From assembly GCA_031549365.1 (NCBI GenBank), contig JAVBPX010000001.1, forward strand, positions 32,001 to 96,000: a stretch of DNA of 64,000 bases, read 5' to 3'. Below the pieces are notes generated by a model that was not told where the DNA came from, searched no databases, and saw only the letters and a program-made list of their open reading frames with translations. Below, one piece after another: positions 63,366 through 64,000 of this stretch (positions within the stretch are counted from its first letter, which is position 1; each line of letters opens with the position of its first letter). Source of the DNA: Alphaproteobacteria bacterium (GTDB taxonomy: Bacteria > Pseudomonadota > Alphaproteobacteria > Rs-D84). Made by a program: the position numbers and the translations under genes.

Positions 63366-64000
63366 TTATTTGGAAACATCGCCTGATTTTTTGTTTACTG
63401 TTTTTGACATGTCCCTGGCATCTAAATCATCAAAATCAAAATCATATGACACAGATGTTGCCTGACTTTCGCCCTCTTCATGTAATGACATAGCAGACAT
63501 AGGCAACCCATCAACATCGGCATATTCGGATAATCTAGTATATCTGATAATTGCCGAATATGGGTCCAGTGTAACATTTTTAACATCTTCCAAATATTCC
63601 AAATTATCAGCATAAAATACAAATATACTGGCCCCGTAATAAACCCAATATATTGTTCTATTACCATTTGTTGCTGCCGGCACAATGAAATACATCGGAT
63701 CTAAAAATATATCGCCGATCATGCCAATACCGTGGCGAATGCTCATTGGGTATAAAAAAGGCACTGTTATAATTGGGCCTTCGGCAACACCCCATGTTGT
63801 CAATGTTTTTGAAAAATTCTCTTTATCGCGTGTTACGCCCCAATCAGTTGCGACATCAAAAAGCCCGGCAACTCCAACTGTTGAATTAATTGCAAATCGA
63901 CCTGTTGTTACACCTGCATTTTCAAATTTTGCCTGTAACAAACTGTTTATAACAGTACCCATTTCACCAATGTTTGAAAAGAATCTGTAAACACGCGTCC
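63366..64000 (-). CDS. mlaA: MlaA/VacJ-family lipoprotein, 5' end outside the window
   Basis: Frame stays open to the window edge (FFSNIGE...NSLLQ); RFAINSTVGVAGLFDVA, ENFSKTLTTWGV, DPYS motifs. Confidence 0.88.
   Translation of the reverse strand, partial: TRVYRFFSNIGEMGTVINSLLQAKFENAGVTTGRFAINSTVGVAGLFDVATDWGVTRDKENFSKTLTTWGVAEGPIITVPFLYPMSIRHGIGMIGDIFLDPMYFIVPAATNGNRTIYWVYYGASIFVFYADNLEYLEDVKNVTLDPYSAIIRYTRLSEYADVDGLPMSAMSLHEEGESQATSVSYDFDFDDLDARDMSKTVNKKSGDVSK

Overview
AT-rich bacterial chromosome segment; gene content and order point to a divergent alphaproteobacterium, probably anaerobic or host-associated (inference). In order: an arylsulfatase (5' part) with its radical-SAM maturase; lipoprotein and outer-membrane protein genes; the full str-S10-spc-alpha ribosomal cluster (rpsL to rplQ, minus strand, no adk); fabD-fabG-acpP-fabF-mltG; tolB, rluC, asmA, aspS, gyrB; a divergent XRE regulator pair; a chromosomal type IVb (TCP/R64-like) pilus assembly operon; rpsD; a mitofilin-like gene; uvrB; a second AsmA-like gene; a four-gene block of apparent pseudo-nucleases and an immunity-like protein; a fused accD-accA; IHF; and mlaA. 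The standout is the aspS 5' leader (about 39794-39945, minus strand). It folds by eye into a complete T-box riboswitch of the ultra-short Stem I class, which is described from actinobacterial ileS genes. Here it has an Asn (AAC) specifier and a UGGC discriminator bulge, and sits upstream of a probably non-discriminating AspRS. All calls come from reading the sequence and the ORF track by eye; no searches or folding programs were run.
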